A stretch of DNA of 63,798 bases, the filler included, from Octopus bimaculoides (lineage: Eukaryota): assembly GCF_001194135.2 (NCBI RefSeq). It is 4 parts of 4 records of this genome, joined end to end, with 100 filler letters (N's around TTAATTAATTAA, not from the genome) between each part and the next. Parts side by side here need not be neighbours in the genome. Positions count along the whole stretch, not along the records: positions 1 to 9,365 come from NC_068989.1; positions 9,466 to 28,464 come from NC_068992.1; 2 more parts are not named here. One strand, 5' to 3'. Position 1 is the stretch's first letter. Each line of letters begins with the position of its first letter. Positions 1 through 11,032 of this stretch are shown piece by piece. The position numbers were made by a program, and so were the translations under genes. The notes beneath the pieces are model-generated. The model did no database searches. It had not been told where the DNA came from and saw only the letters and a list, made by a program, of their open reading frames with translations.

Positions 1-21
1 ATATATATATATATATATATA

Positions 22-143
22 CAGAGTGTCCACAAAGTCTGGGTACCTGAGATTAACACATACTTTAATTATTATTTCTTATATTTAATTGTTTATGTTA
101 TGATTTTATTTACTCCATGTACCCAGACTTTGTGGACACCCTG
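22..143. mobile_element. Tc1/mariner-type MITE (122 bp) inserted in a (TA)n tract
   Basis: 25-bp TIRs CAGAGTGTCCACAAAGTCTGGGTAC (22-46) and GTACCCAGACTTTGTGGACACCCTG (119-143), 1 mismatch; TA on both flanks. Confidence 0.85.
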
Positions 144-149
144 TATATA

Positions 150-2973
150 TATACAACTCCAGCAATCTTGTTCTTGTAATGAGAAGGAAACAAGACTGCT
201 GGAGTTCTGTGATGTGAATGACCTAGTGAACAGCAACACCAACTTAAGAAAACCAATCAGTCACCTGATAACCTATGAATCCAGTGACCATACTAGCTAG
301 ATTAACTACATTCTCACCAGAAACTGAGATTCATGGTTACTCATAAATACAAAGTCCTTCCCTGGTGAAGAATGTACCCCTCTGCATAGGTTACTCATTA
401 TTGACATGAAACTACAAGCATGCAGGATTCCAAAAAGCAAGCCAATTTGGGAAGGAAGGATCTGGAAGCTTAAGGTTCCTTTGAGTTTAGAAACTCCTAA
501 CTGAAGTATTTAATGAGGAGGAGGTGTTACAGACTTATAACATAGAGGATAACGGGAAATTCCTATGAGACAACTTACTGAGAGCCACAGACCAAATTTA
601 TGGTAAGTGCAAAGTCCCAACTAGATCTAAGGTCACATAGTAGTGGAACAGTGTAGGTGACAGGACCATTAGAGCAAAGAAACAGGATTAGAAGGACTGG
701 AAGGGTGGCAGTAGCAAAGAGCTATATTAGGCAACTAGAAGGAAAGCTAGGAAGCAGGTGTATTAGCCAGGGATGAAGCAGAAAAGAAGAAATTTGCAAA
801 TGTTCTGCAGCATAAGGATCAGTGGCTTAAAGTGTTTTGGCTTGCAAGACAGTGTGCCAGGGAAAAATGTGGTGTTGTGGGAGAGAAGTGTGCTCACATA
901 GATGATGGTTCACTTGCTGTTAGTGACTCTGCAAAGAAAGAGGTTTGGAAGTGCCACTATGAAAAACAACTAAATGTAGAGGACCCATGGGAGAAGAAGT
1001 GTCTGCCTAATGTGGATCCAGCAGAGGGACCAGCAATCTAAATAAACAGTAGCATGGTAGATAAATCCATGAAGGAAATAAAGGCGAGGAAAGCCCCTGG
1101 CCCATCAGGAATTATTACTGAGATGCTTAAAATATCTGGTGGTGTGGGTTATGATCTAGTCACCTGTATAGTTAATCAGATTGTACATGCGGAGTCATAC
1201 CCAATGACTGGTGTAGCAGCACCATAGTCAACTGTTACAAAAGTGAAGATGATGCCTTAGACAGAAATAATTACAGAGGTATCAAATTGTTGGATCAGAT
1301 GATGAAAGTTACAAAGAAAGTCATAGCCCAACTAATTAGGGAGAGAGTTAACATAGATGAGATGCAGTTTGGTTTTGCACCAGAGAAGTGTGTCTGCATG
1401 GATGATGGTTCACTTGCAGTTAATGACTGCAAAGAAAGAGGTTTGGAAGTGCCACTATGAAAAACTACTAAATGTAGAGCACTACTAATGTTATATTCCT
1501 TGTAAGGCAGCAACAGGAGAAGTACCTGGTCAAAAGTAAAAAGTAAAAAGTAAACCCCTGCACTTGGCTTTTGTTGACTTGGAGAAACCCTTAGGGTCCC
1601 CCACTCCACTTATGAGGTCAATGCAGAAACTAGGGATAGATAAGTGGTTGGTGAGAGCTATACAAGCCATGCTGTCAGTAAGGTGAGGATTGGCAATGAG
1701 CGTAGTGATGAATTCAGGTTACACATAGGGGTTCAACAAGGATCAGTCCTCAGCCCCCTCTTGTTCAGGCAATAACAGAGGAATTTAAGTTGGACTGCTC
1801 TTATAGCTGAACTAGACAAAAAATTTCAGGTATGGAAGCAAGGTCTAGAATCAAAGGACCTTAGAGTTAATTTAACAAAAACCAAAGTCTTGGTAAGTAG
1901 GAAAGCAGACAAATTGCAAATCACTTTAGGTAGATGGCCCTGCTTGATATGCAGAAAAAGTGTAGGTAGAAACTCCATAAGATATACTCAGTGCAGGCTA
2001 TGGACACATAAGAGGTGCAACAATATCTTTGGAAGGTTAACAGGGAAAATAGTCTCTCTGTGTTGCAGATTTCCAGGTACAATAAACACTAGAAATGTAC
2101 AGAAAACAGACTCCATCAAATGCCAGCGGGGATACCTAGAAGTAGTTGACAGCTTCCATTATCTAGGTGACCAAGTCAGCAGTGGAGGTACATAGCTGCT
2201 AGAATAAGAATGGACTGGGCGAAGCTCAGAGAGCTTCTACCTTTGTTGGTAACAAAGGGCCTCTCCCTCAGAATGAAAGGCAGATTGTATGATGCCTGTG
2301 TGCAAAAAGCCATGCTACATGGCTGTGAAATATAGGCTGTGATCGCAGAGGAAATGTAAAGTCTTGAAAGAAATGAAGCTAGCATGCTATGTTGGGTGTG
2401 CAATGTCAGTGTGCATGTACGATGGAGTGTAAGTGTCTTAAGAGGAAAACGGTGTATAAGAGGCATCAGATGTTATGTGCAAGAGAGATGACTGCATTTG
2501 TATGGTCATGTGATGTGTATGGACAAGGACAACTGTGTAAAGAGATGCCAGTTTCTAACAGTGGTGGGAACCTGTGGAAGGAGTAGATCCAGGACGATAT
2601 GGGACGAGATGGTGAAGCATGATCTTTGAATGTTGGGCCACATTGAGGTGATGACAAGTGATTGAGATTTTTGGCAATATGCTGTACTTGAGAAGACTTG
2701 TAAAGTCAAGTGAAATCTTAGTCATGGCTGATGCTGGTGTCATGTACCTGGGACCCTTGCCAGTGGCACAAAAAAAGCACCCATGCCAGTGGCATGTGAA
2801 AAGCACCAACTACACTCTTGGAGTGGTCGGCATTAAGAAGGGCATCCAGCTGTAGAAACCAAGCCAAATCAGACTGGAACTCGGTGTAGCTCTCTGGCTT
2901 ACCAGTTCCAGTCAAACCATCTAACTCATGCCAGCATAGAAAGCAGATGCTAAATGATGACGATGACGATGAT
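150..2973 (+). mobile_element. Decayed RTE-clade LINE (endonuclease C-terminus, RT, 3' tail); 5'-truncated, multiple frameshifts
   Basis: RLLEFCDVNDLVNSNTNLRKPISHLITYES (APE C-terminus), DEMQFGFAP, LAFVDLEK, GVQQGSVLSPLLF, LEVVDSFHYLGDQ; the YADD segment appears deleted near 1800; ends in ATGCTAAATGATGACGATGACGATGAT tail. Confidence 0.92.
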
Positions 2974-3016
2974 ATATAGATAATTTATAAATATATATAG
3001 TACATATAAATATATA

Positions 3017-3066
<50 letters not shown>
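2974..3066. repeat. (TA)n microsatellite abutting assembly gap 3067-3640
   Basis: Direct reading. Confidence 0.95.
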
Positions 3067-3717
3067 NNNNNNNNNNNNNNNNNNNNNNNNNNNNNNNNNN
3101 NNNNNNNNNNNNNNNNNNNNNNNNNNNNNNNNNNNNNNNNNNNNNNNNNNNNNNNNNNNNNNNNNNNNNNNNNNNNNNNNNNNNNNNNNNNNNNNNNNNN
3201 NNNNNNNNNNNNNNNNNNNNNNNNNNNNNNNNNNNNNNNNNNNNNNNNNNNNNNNNNNNNNNNNNNNNNNNNNNNNNNNNNNNNNNNNNNNNNNNNNNNN
3301 NNNNNNNNNNNNNNNNNNNNNNNNNNNNNNNNNNNNNNNNNNNNNNNNNNNNNNNNNNNNNNNNNNNNNNNNNNNNNNNNNNNNNNNNNNNNNNNNNNNN
3401 NNNNNNNNNNNNNNNNNNNNNNNNNNNNNNNNNNNNNNNNNNNNNNNNNNNNNNNNNNNNNNNNNNNNNNNNNNNNNNNNNNNNNNNNNNNNNNNNNNNN
3501 NNNNNNNNNNNNNNNNNNNNNNNNNNNNNNNNNNNNNNNNNNNNNNNNNNNNNNNNNNNNNNNNNNNNNNNNNNNNNNNNNNNNNNNNNNNNNNNNNNNN
3601 NNNNNNNNNNNNNNNNNNNNNNNNNNNNNNNNNNNNNNNNNTGGCCTTTTAAAAATGGCAAAATCAGGTGGTATTGTTTGGAAGAAAGTTGTTTTTCAAA
3701 AATTTGGCATCATTGTC

Positions 3718-3965
3718 CAGTGAGAGAGAGTGCATGGGAGTGTTTGTGTGTGTGTGTGTGTGTATGCGTGTGTGCGTGTGCATGCGTGTGTGTGTGTGTG
3801 TGCCTGTGTATCTGAAAGAACTGACCAGCTGTAAACACAATTTTCTTCTTTCTTCTTTCACCTTTCCTTCTCTTTCCCATTGACACTCCTTTCAGATACA
3901 CAGGCACACACATACACATACACCAACACAAAAACACTCACACTCACAAAAACACACACTCTCTC
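3718..3965. repeat. (GT)n/(CA)n compound microsatellites
   Basis: Direct reading. Confidence 0.85.
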
Positions 3966-4228
3966 TCACTTTTCCCTCCATTCCTCACCCTCTTTTACTA
4001 TCCTATATATCTCTCTCCACCCCTATACATTCAATAATACTATAAAAAGAGACATCCTCTGAAAGTGAAATCATATTTGAAAAACCTACAAGAATAGATG
4101 CAAGTGCAAATATATTTATAAAAACATGTGACATATTAATAAAAATCTGTAAATGTACAACCATCCATATATCTGAGCACCTTATTATTTTTTCTAATAT
4201 ATAATTCCTGTACATCACTTCCAAACCT

Positions 4229-4232
<4 letters not shown>

Positions 4233-4300
<68 letters not shown>
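4233..4300. repeat. (TA)n(GA)n compound microsatellite
   Basis: Direct reading. Confidence 0.95.
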
Positions 4301-4302
<2 letters not shown>

Positions 4303-4355
4303 GAGTTAAGTTAAATGTTATAACAACCATCTAAAGGATACTTGTTTTTCAGATA

Positions 4356-5014
4356 ACAAAATGTGGGGTAGTCCAACAAAAGCCAAGTACAGAGGTTTAT
4401 CTTCAGCTATGTATTTGTCCTGCAGTTGCCTTACGAGAAATATAGCATCAGTGGTGCTTCTCCCTGGCACAAAACCAAATTGCATCTCATCTAGACTAAT
4501 TAGTTGGGCTATGACTCTCTTTATAACTTTCATCACCTGATCCAACAATTTGATACCTCTGTAATTATTTCTATCTTAGGCATCACCTTTATCATCAGTT
4601 AACTATGGTGCTGCTACACCAGTCATTGGGTATGACACTTTCATGAACCACCTGATTAACTATATGGGTGACTAGATCATAACCAACACTGCCAGCTATT
4701 TTAGGCACCTCAGTGGTGATTCCTGATGGGCTGAGGACTTTCCTTGTCTTCATATCCGTAATTGCTTTATCTACCAAAGCAATATTGATTCAGGTAGCTG
4801 GTTCCTCAATTAGGTCAACCTTCGGCACTCTCCTCCTCCCATTCATTCTCCACGTTCAGCAGTCTTTCACAATGGCGTTTCCTAGCTTCTTTCTTTGCAG
4901 AATCATTAAATACAAGTGCACCATCATCCATGTGGACACATTTCTCTTCTCTGACATCACAATTGTCTCTACACACTGTCTTGCAATCCGAAACGCTTCA
5001 ATTCTTTAGTCCTT
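4356..5014 (-). mobile_element. RTE LINE fragment (RT N-terminal half), same family as 150-2973
   Basis: LDQVMKVIKRVIAQLISLDEMQFGFVPGRSTTDAIFLVRQLQDKYIAEDKPLYLAFV; aligns to about 811-1580 of the first copy. Confidence 0.92.
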
Positions 5015-5086
5015 TATATATATGACCGCAGCCACTTGGCTGAAACACATAAATAAATAAATATATATATATATATATATATATAT

Positions 5087-5759
5087 TTCTGTGATGCAAA
5101 TAACCTATTCATCTGCAAAACCAGCTTCAGGAAGACACCCAGCCAACTAATAACCTACCAGTCAGGTGACTGTGGTAGCCAGATTGATTACATTCTCGCC
5201 AGACAGTGGGATGCATGGTTGCTCTAAATGCAAAGACCCTCCCTAGTGAAGAATGTAACCCCCAGCATATTAGTGACTTTAGTCTCCAGGCCAGAAGGAT
5301 GCCAAGAAGCAGACCAGTCTGAAAAAAAGGATTTGGAAGCTTAAGGACCCTTCATATGGTGAGAGATTTTGGAACATTCTAATTGAGAAATTTGATGAGA
5401 GGGAGGAGGAGCTACAGACTTGTGACATAGAATGCAACTAGGAATTTCAGAGGAACAGCTTGCTGAGTGCCACAGGCCAAATCTGTGGCTGGTGCAAAGT
5501 CCCATGCAGACCTACGGTAATGTCGTGGTGGAATGATGGTGTAGTCAGGGCCATTAGAGCAAAGAAACAGGTCTGAAAGGCCTGGAAGAGTTGGGGGTCA
5601 CAGGGAACTGTATCAGATAGCCAGAAGGGAAGCTAAAACACAGGTATATCTAACCAAGGGAGAAGCAGAAAAGAAGAAGTTTGCCTATGTTCAGCAATGT
5701 GAGGACCAAAGAATTGAACTGTTTTGGATTGCAAGATAGTGTGTGAGAGAAAATTGTGA
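5087..5759 (+). mobile_element. RTE LINE fragment (endonuclease C-terminus and linker), same family
   Basis: FCDANNLFICKTSFRK...LITYQSGDCGSQIDYILAR; aligns to about 200-875 of the first copy. Confidence 0.88.
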
Positions 5760-6136
5760 GAATATATAAATAAATATATAGATAAATCCAAGAAAGTTAA
5801 GGGTTGTGAATCCAACCCACTAAGGGATAATATTTATCCAATATACTGCCAGAAGAATACCCAATTATTATTACACTAGTATTTTTCTTGCATACTACCA
5901 AGTGCAATAAATGGGTGCAGGTAAAAGGATGTTTTACCCTTAATTTATATAGCAATAAGAAAACGGCGGGGAATATGTGGTATTCGTCAACTTGCAGACA
6001 TTGTATTATGTCAATTTACCTGTTTATTTTTTAACTAAGAGGACAATAATAACAATATACAAACACATGTGACATATTACGTCATATCAGTAATTAAAAA
6101 GGACATCTAGTGACCGAAGATGGGACAATGACATAC

Positions 6137-6191
6137 AGCTGCTTCAGTCTAGTGGTGATATGCCTCATTCTATCTGTCTAACTCCAGTAGG
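6137..6191 (-). other. Candidate 55-bp exon (unverified)
   Basis: Minus-strand acceptor TTACTTCAG| and donor |GTATGT; all three frames contain a stop, so it would be a stop-containing, start-containing or UTR exon. Confidence 0.2.
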
Positions 6192-7675
6192 CTGAAGTAA
6201 TTGATAGATGAAATGAATGAAATAGAGGTACATGGATGATTCTCTAGGCCTCTTCAGAGATTTTATAAAGTTCATGAAGTTAATTTACAATATCCAAATA
6301 TAAACATATAAAAAATTGTAAAAACTCACATATATATGCATACTTTAACATATATAAAGATATACAAAAATAAGCATAAATACATATATGTACATTTAAA
6401 TATACATAAACAAATGTCTATACATGCACACCAATGAGTCAATTATTATTGTTATTATTAGGCATGTGTAAACATTTATGTATGTACATTTAAATGTACA
6501 TATATATTTAGATGAATATGGTACTTAAGTTGAGGCACCAGAATGCCAGTATATACCATACCAATTAATCAATATTCACAAACACAATATGATGACTTAG
6601 TATTTAAGTGTACAATATGTATAAATATTAAACTATTTCTGGATAATTTCTTTTCCTCCTTCTATTGTGGTAAAACTTTGGTATATACTCAAAAATATTC
6701 AAAAATTTCTATCCTTTTGTTATAATAGTATTCTTAATAATCATCTGAATAACCCTAAACTTTAACTGTATACAATATAGCAGCATTGTTTAAAACATTT
6801 AACTATAGTACTACATGATAAGACTTCCCCTGTTTCATTATCGATGGTCTGCTAGTGGGTGACCCCCTTAATTGTCAGCTAACATCTTGTTTTAAGTTTT
6901 CCTTTATCAAACCTCATGATATTGCTTCTAATAAATCTTGATTTTTACGACTATACCAAATATGATTTTTGTCTGCTCCCTCAGCCCTACCCCTAACAGA
7001 CACTTCCCCTTTGTTCTCTCAGTCTTAGATATACAAGGATTTGATAAACTAGTCTATAAATTAAAACTGACCCCATAAAAACAAAAAAAAATCAGTGACA
7101 GGCAGAGTCTGTAACAATGTATATCTTCTTGATACCTTAGTATCTTCTATGCTGGAGTGAAGGCAGCATGTTCTTTGTCTATCTGCTTAACTTCTTGGAG
7201 ATGTTAGGTATAATTATACTAATGTGTCCATCTGTTTTAATTTAATTAAATTCTATGTCTTTGTGTGGCTGAGGATTGCTCTGCATTTAAATTGCTGTAA
7301 TGATTGCATTGTTCAATCAAATGGAGTTGCATGAAACGATCGTACTGCATTACCTCTGGATATCCTTGCTGCTTATTNNNNNNNNNNNNNNNNNNNNNNN
7401 NNNNNNNNNNNNNNNNNNNNNNNNNNNNNNNNNNNNNNNNNNNNNNNNNNNNNNNNNNNNNNNNNNNNNNNNNNNNNNNNNNNNNNNNNNNNNNNNNNNN
7501 NNNNNNNNNNNNNNNNNNNNNNNNNNNNNNNNNNNNNNNNNNNNNNNNNNNNNNNNNNNNNNNNNNNNNNNNNNNNNNNNNNNNNNNNNNNNNNNNNNNN
7601 NNNNNNNNNNNNNNNNNNNNNNNNNNNNNNNNNNNNNNNNNNNNNNNNNNNNNNNNNNNNNNNNNNNNNNNNNNN

Positions 7676-8760
7676 ATATATGATCTTTGAATGAAAAAGG
7701 TACTGGAAATGCACAGGGTTATTAAAAACAAGAGATAACTGCAATCCCTAAAAAAATTACTCACCAGCACCAAATTACTCAGCAAAAATACCTCACTAGT
7801 CAAAAAGTGTAACCACCCTAACCGTAGAGCTTACATCTTCCTCTTAGAGGAAATTTAAGTCAGGTCAAACTTTTACCATAAAAAAATCATTTCACCTGTG
7901 CTTCAAAGAACTTAATCTATGTTCTCAAATGTGGAGGGTGTGGTGGAGACTACATAGGTCAAACTAGTTTGACCTTGAGGGACAGACTAACAGCACACAG
8001 GCAACAAATCCAGGATCCCACGACCAGAAAAATTCACATAAGCAAACACCTAGACCAATGCCCTACAAACATAAACCCAAAATACAAAATCTTCCCTATC
8101 AATCAATGCACCAGATACACTTCAACCCAATTCCATTTGAATAAGAAAAGCATGCTCATTAAAAAATATAAATCAAAGCTTTAGAAAGAAGAAAAAACAC
8201 TAAAGAGAAAAAGGGAAAAAAGACCCAACCCAATTTCCCCACAAAAAAAACAACCAGATACAACAGACATAATTCAAAAAAATCTTAGTAACAGTCTTTC
8301 GCCACAAAAAACCCAGATACTACAGACATTATTCAAAAAAACTTTATTAACAGTCTTCCATGCGGGTTTCAAAACAGCAACTTCAAATCATACAATAACA
8401 CCATACAAACACCAGTTGCTGATGTCCCCTAACTCTAGACCAATGAAATTTTACCTCTGATCAAAACTGAACTTCAGTAAATACAACAAAATGATCCTTT
8501 AAGAGAATCAACCAACTGAAATGGCTGATGACCATTCCCGACTGGGAAGCCAACCAGGCAGAACAACAAACTTGACCACCAGAAAAATAAGATGTCATCA
8601 GTACTTTAACGAATCAAAAATCAGATCTGTTCACAGAAAAAATATAAATCCACTGGATTCCAAAACATGCTGTTACAAGCAAAAGTTCCTGCACACAATG
8701 GAAAAAGGATCACAGAAACTGTAAACAAAACCTTTTTTACTATCTTCATTCCTCCCTTGT
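7676..8760 (+). mobile_element. Penelope-like element 3' portion: GIY-YIG endonuclease plus pseudo-LTR region
   Basis: Frame 7885-8184 reads NHFTCASKNLIYVLKCGGCGGDYIGQTSLTLRDRLTAHRQQI...MLIKKYKSKL*, matching the Penelope FTCxSxNLIYxxxCxxCxxxYIGQT signature; upstream FKSGQTFTI in another frame. Confidence 0.9.
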
Positions 8761-8781
8761 TTTTCTCCCTCTTAACTTAAT

Positions 8782-9080
8782 ATGACCAAACCTTTGGTGA
8801 TCCACATTTCTTATCGATCACTTGTAACACTATTGAATTTTCTACATTTAAACAAGATGATCCACATTTTTTTATAGTATTGAATGTTGTAAACATTTAA
8901 ATCATATTTGATATTATTGAATCTTGAGTCACTATGACCAAACCTTTGATGATCTACATTTCTTATTGATCACTTCCAACACTATTAAATTTTGTGCATT
9001 TAAATAAGATGATCCACATTTTTTTATATTATTGAATGTTAAGAACATTTAAATTATATTTGATATTATTGAAACTTGTA
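8782..9080. repeat. Two-copy tandem repeat, unit about 152 bp
   Basis: ATGACCAAACCTTTG.TGAT... starts at 8782 and 8934; units align along their length. Confidence 0.85.
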
Positions 9081-9409
9081 AACATTAAATCTTTTAAGCA
9101 TGATTTTTTTCTAATTTCTAATTTAAAATTTTTACCATTGATAAACAAAAAATATTCTTGAAACTAGTTTGGTATATATGTAAGTAAATTTATTTAAAAA
9201 CAATTAAAAACTTTTCACATTTAGATGCCTTTTCAACAACAAATTTTCCTATATATATATAGAATATATATATATATATATATATATGTATGGAATATAT
9301 AAATATATACAATATATATATATATATATATATATGTATGGAATATATAAATATATACAATATATNNNNNNNNNNNNNNNNNNNNNNNNNNNNNNNNNNN
9401 NNNNNNNNN

Positions 9410-9421
9410 TTAATTAATTAA
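9410..9421. other. Artificial scaffolding linker TTAATTAATTAA inside a ~100-nt gap (also 28509-28520 and 56808-56819)
   Basis: Identical 12-mer flanked by 43-44 N on each side at three places; encodes stops in all six frames. Confidence 0.93.
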
Positions 9422-9496
9422 NNNNNNNNNNNNNNNNNNNNNNNNNNNNNNNNNNNNNNNNNNNNTATATATATATATATATTCATATTTATATTT

Positions 9497-9655
9497 ATAT
9501 ACAATCTGCAAGGTGGTTGATAGTATGAAGGGCAACCAACATAGAAACCTTGCCAAAACAGACAACGGAGCCTGATGCAGCCCCTGGCCTAACCAGTTCC
9601 AATCAAAATGTTCAACTCATGCCAGCATGGAAAACGGATGTTAAATGATGAAATG
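9497..9655 (+). mobile_element. Short element made of the RTE 3' tail (5'-truncated LINE or tail-sharing SINE)
   Basis: CAACTCATGCCAGCATGGAAAACGGATGTTAAATGATGA matches the 2900-2973 tail. Confidence 0.7.
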
Positions 9656-9711
9656 ATATCTTAACACATTTCATTTGATATGCTAATTATTCTAGCAACA
9701 ACAACAACAAT

Positions 9712-9884
9712 AATCCTTTCTACTATAGGCACAAAGCCTGAAATTTTTAGGGAGGAGGCTAGTTGATTACCTTGATCCCAGTTTATGACTGGCACTTATT
9801 TTATTGACCCCGAAAGGATGAAAGGCAAAGTTGACTACGCCAGAATTTGTAAGTTCTGAGCTCAAATTCTACCGAGGTCAACTT
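9712..9884 (-). mobile_element. SINE family A copy with a fold-back inverted 5' end
   Basis: Tail AATCCTTTCTACTATAGGCACAAAGCC, body GACCCCGAAAGGATGAAAGGCAAAGTTGAC; 9850-9884 is the same body in the opposite orientation. Confidence 0.8.
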
Positions 9885-9916
9885 AATAATAATAATGTTG
9901 ATAACAATAATAATAA

Positions 9917-10095
9917 TAATCCTTTCTGGTATAATACAAGGCCTGGAATTTAGGTAGAGGTCAATAATCAATTACATCGATCCCAGTACTTGACTGGTAC
10001 TTAATTTATTGATCTTGAAAGGACGAAAGGCAAAGTCGACCTCGGAGCTATATGAACTTAGAACATACAGATGGATAAGATGCTGCTAAATCTTT
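9917..10095 (-). mobile_element. SINE family A copy in an (AAT)n array
   Basis: CCCAGTACTTGACTGGTACTTAATTTATTGATC...AAAGGCAAAGTCGACCTCGG. Confidence 0.8.
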
Positions 10096-10102
10096 CTCTC
10101 AC

Positions 10103-10503
10103 AGTAAGTAGTTTACTTACGAACCACATGGTTCCGTGTTCAGTCCCACTGTGTGGCACCTTGGGCAATCGTCTTCTACTATAGCCTCGGGCTGACCAAA
10201 GCCTTGAGAGTGGATTTGGTAGACGGAAACTGAAAGAAGCCCGTTGTATATATGTATATACATATATGTATGTGTGTGTGTGTATATGTTTGCTTGTCCT
10301 CCCAACATCACTTGACAACCGATGCTGGTGTGTTTACGTCCCCGTAACTTAGCGGTTCGGCAAATGAGACCGATAGAATAAGTACTAGGGTTACAAAGAA
10401 TAAGTCCTGGGTTCGATTTGCTCGACTAAAGGTGGTGCTCCAGCATGGCCACACTCAAATGACTGAAACAAGTAAAAGAGTAAAAAGAGTAAAGAGTAAA
10501 AGA
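10103..10503 (+). mobile_element. SINE family B (tRNA-like head, internal TA/TG microsatellite, (AAAGAGT)n tail)
   Basis: AACCACATGGTTCC..GTTCAGTCCCACTG head, GATTTGGTAGACGGAAACTGAAAGAAGCCCG, CCAGCATGGCC..AGTCAAATGACTGAAACAAGTAAAAGAG; about 13 related copies in the window. Confidence 0.9.
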
Positions 10504-10659
10504 GTCTTGTAGCTCATTTTGATTCTGTCAATGATTGGCCTTCACTAAATGGTTAATCTCAGAAAGAGCATGAATGAAGAGAGAGAGAGGGGAAAAAATG
10601 CGAAGTGACTAAATGTTAAACTCAATGATATGTTAGCAATATTGGTAGTAATATTATTA

Positions 10660-10960
10660 TTATTATTATTAGTAGTAGTAGTAGTAATAATAGTAGTAGT
10701 AGTAGTGGTAGGAGGAGGAGGAGGAGGAGGTGGAAGTAGATTATATGAAATTCTAAGATAACTGTTTGTAACATAGTTAAGTTTGTATGTTTGTTAATTG
10801 GTTTGGTAGGTATGTAGATAGGGAGACAGGTAGGTAGGTACAGAGGTAGGTAGTCAGGTAGATAAAAAGGTAAATAAGTAGGTAGGTAGGCAGGTAGGTA
10901 GGTAGGTAGGTTGGTAGGCAGGCAGGTAGGTAGGTAGGTAGGTAGGTAGGTAGGCAGGTG
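10660..10960. repeat. (TAT)(TAG)(GGA) and (TAGG)n compound microsatellites
   Basis: Direct reading. Confidence 0.9.
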
Positions 10961-10967
10961 GGATTAC

Positions 10968-11032
10968 CTGGGTAAAGGGTCTGACGTCAAGCATGTTGGT
11001 GACTCATAGTTTTCAGTTTTCTTCATGTTCTC
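10968..11032 (-). CDS. Candidate 65-bp internal coding exon (ENMKKTENYESPTCLTSDPLP), product unknown
   Basis: Minus-strand TTTAG|GAG acceptor and CAG|GTAATC donor; one open frame; non-repeat sequence. No homology recognised. Confidence 0.3.

Noticed and set aside
7141-7207. Plus-strand 67-bp exon candidate (YLLCWSEGSMFFVYLLNFLEML)
   Set aside because: Weak donor GTATAA; chance-level evidence
7246-7377. Minus-strand open frame NKQQGYPEVMQYDRF...RHRI*
   Set aside because: Truncated by a gap, no recognisable family, may be transposon-derived
8782-9080. CRISPR-like array
   Set aside because: Two long tandem units with no short repeat-spacer structure; no cas genes; eukaryotic context
9250-9365. 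~50-bp tandem duplication inside a TA tract
   Set aside because: Low complexity and abuts a gap; likely slippage or assembly artefact
9410-9421. TTAATTAATTAA palindrome repeated three times
   Set aside because: Always centred in ~100-nt N-gaps; a scaffolding linker, not genomic DNA
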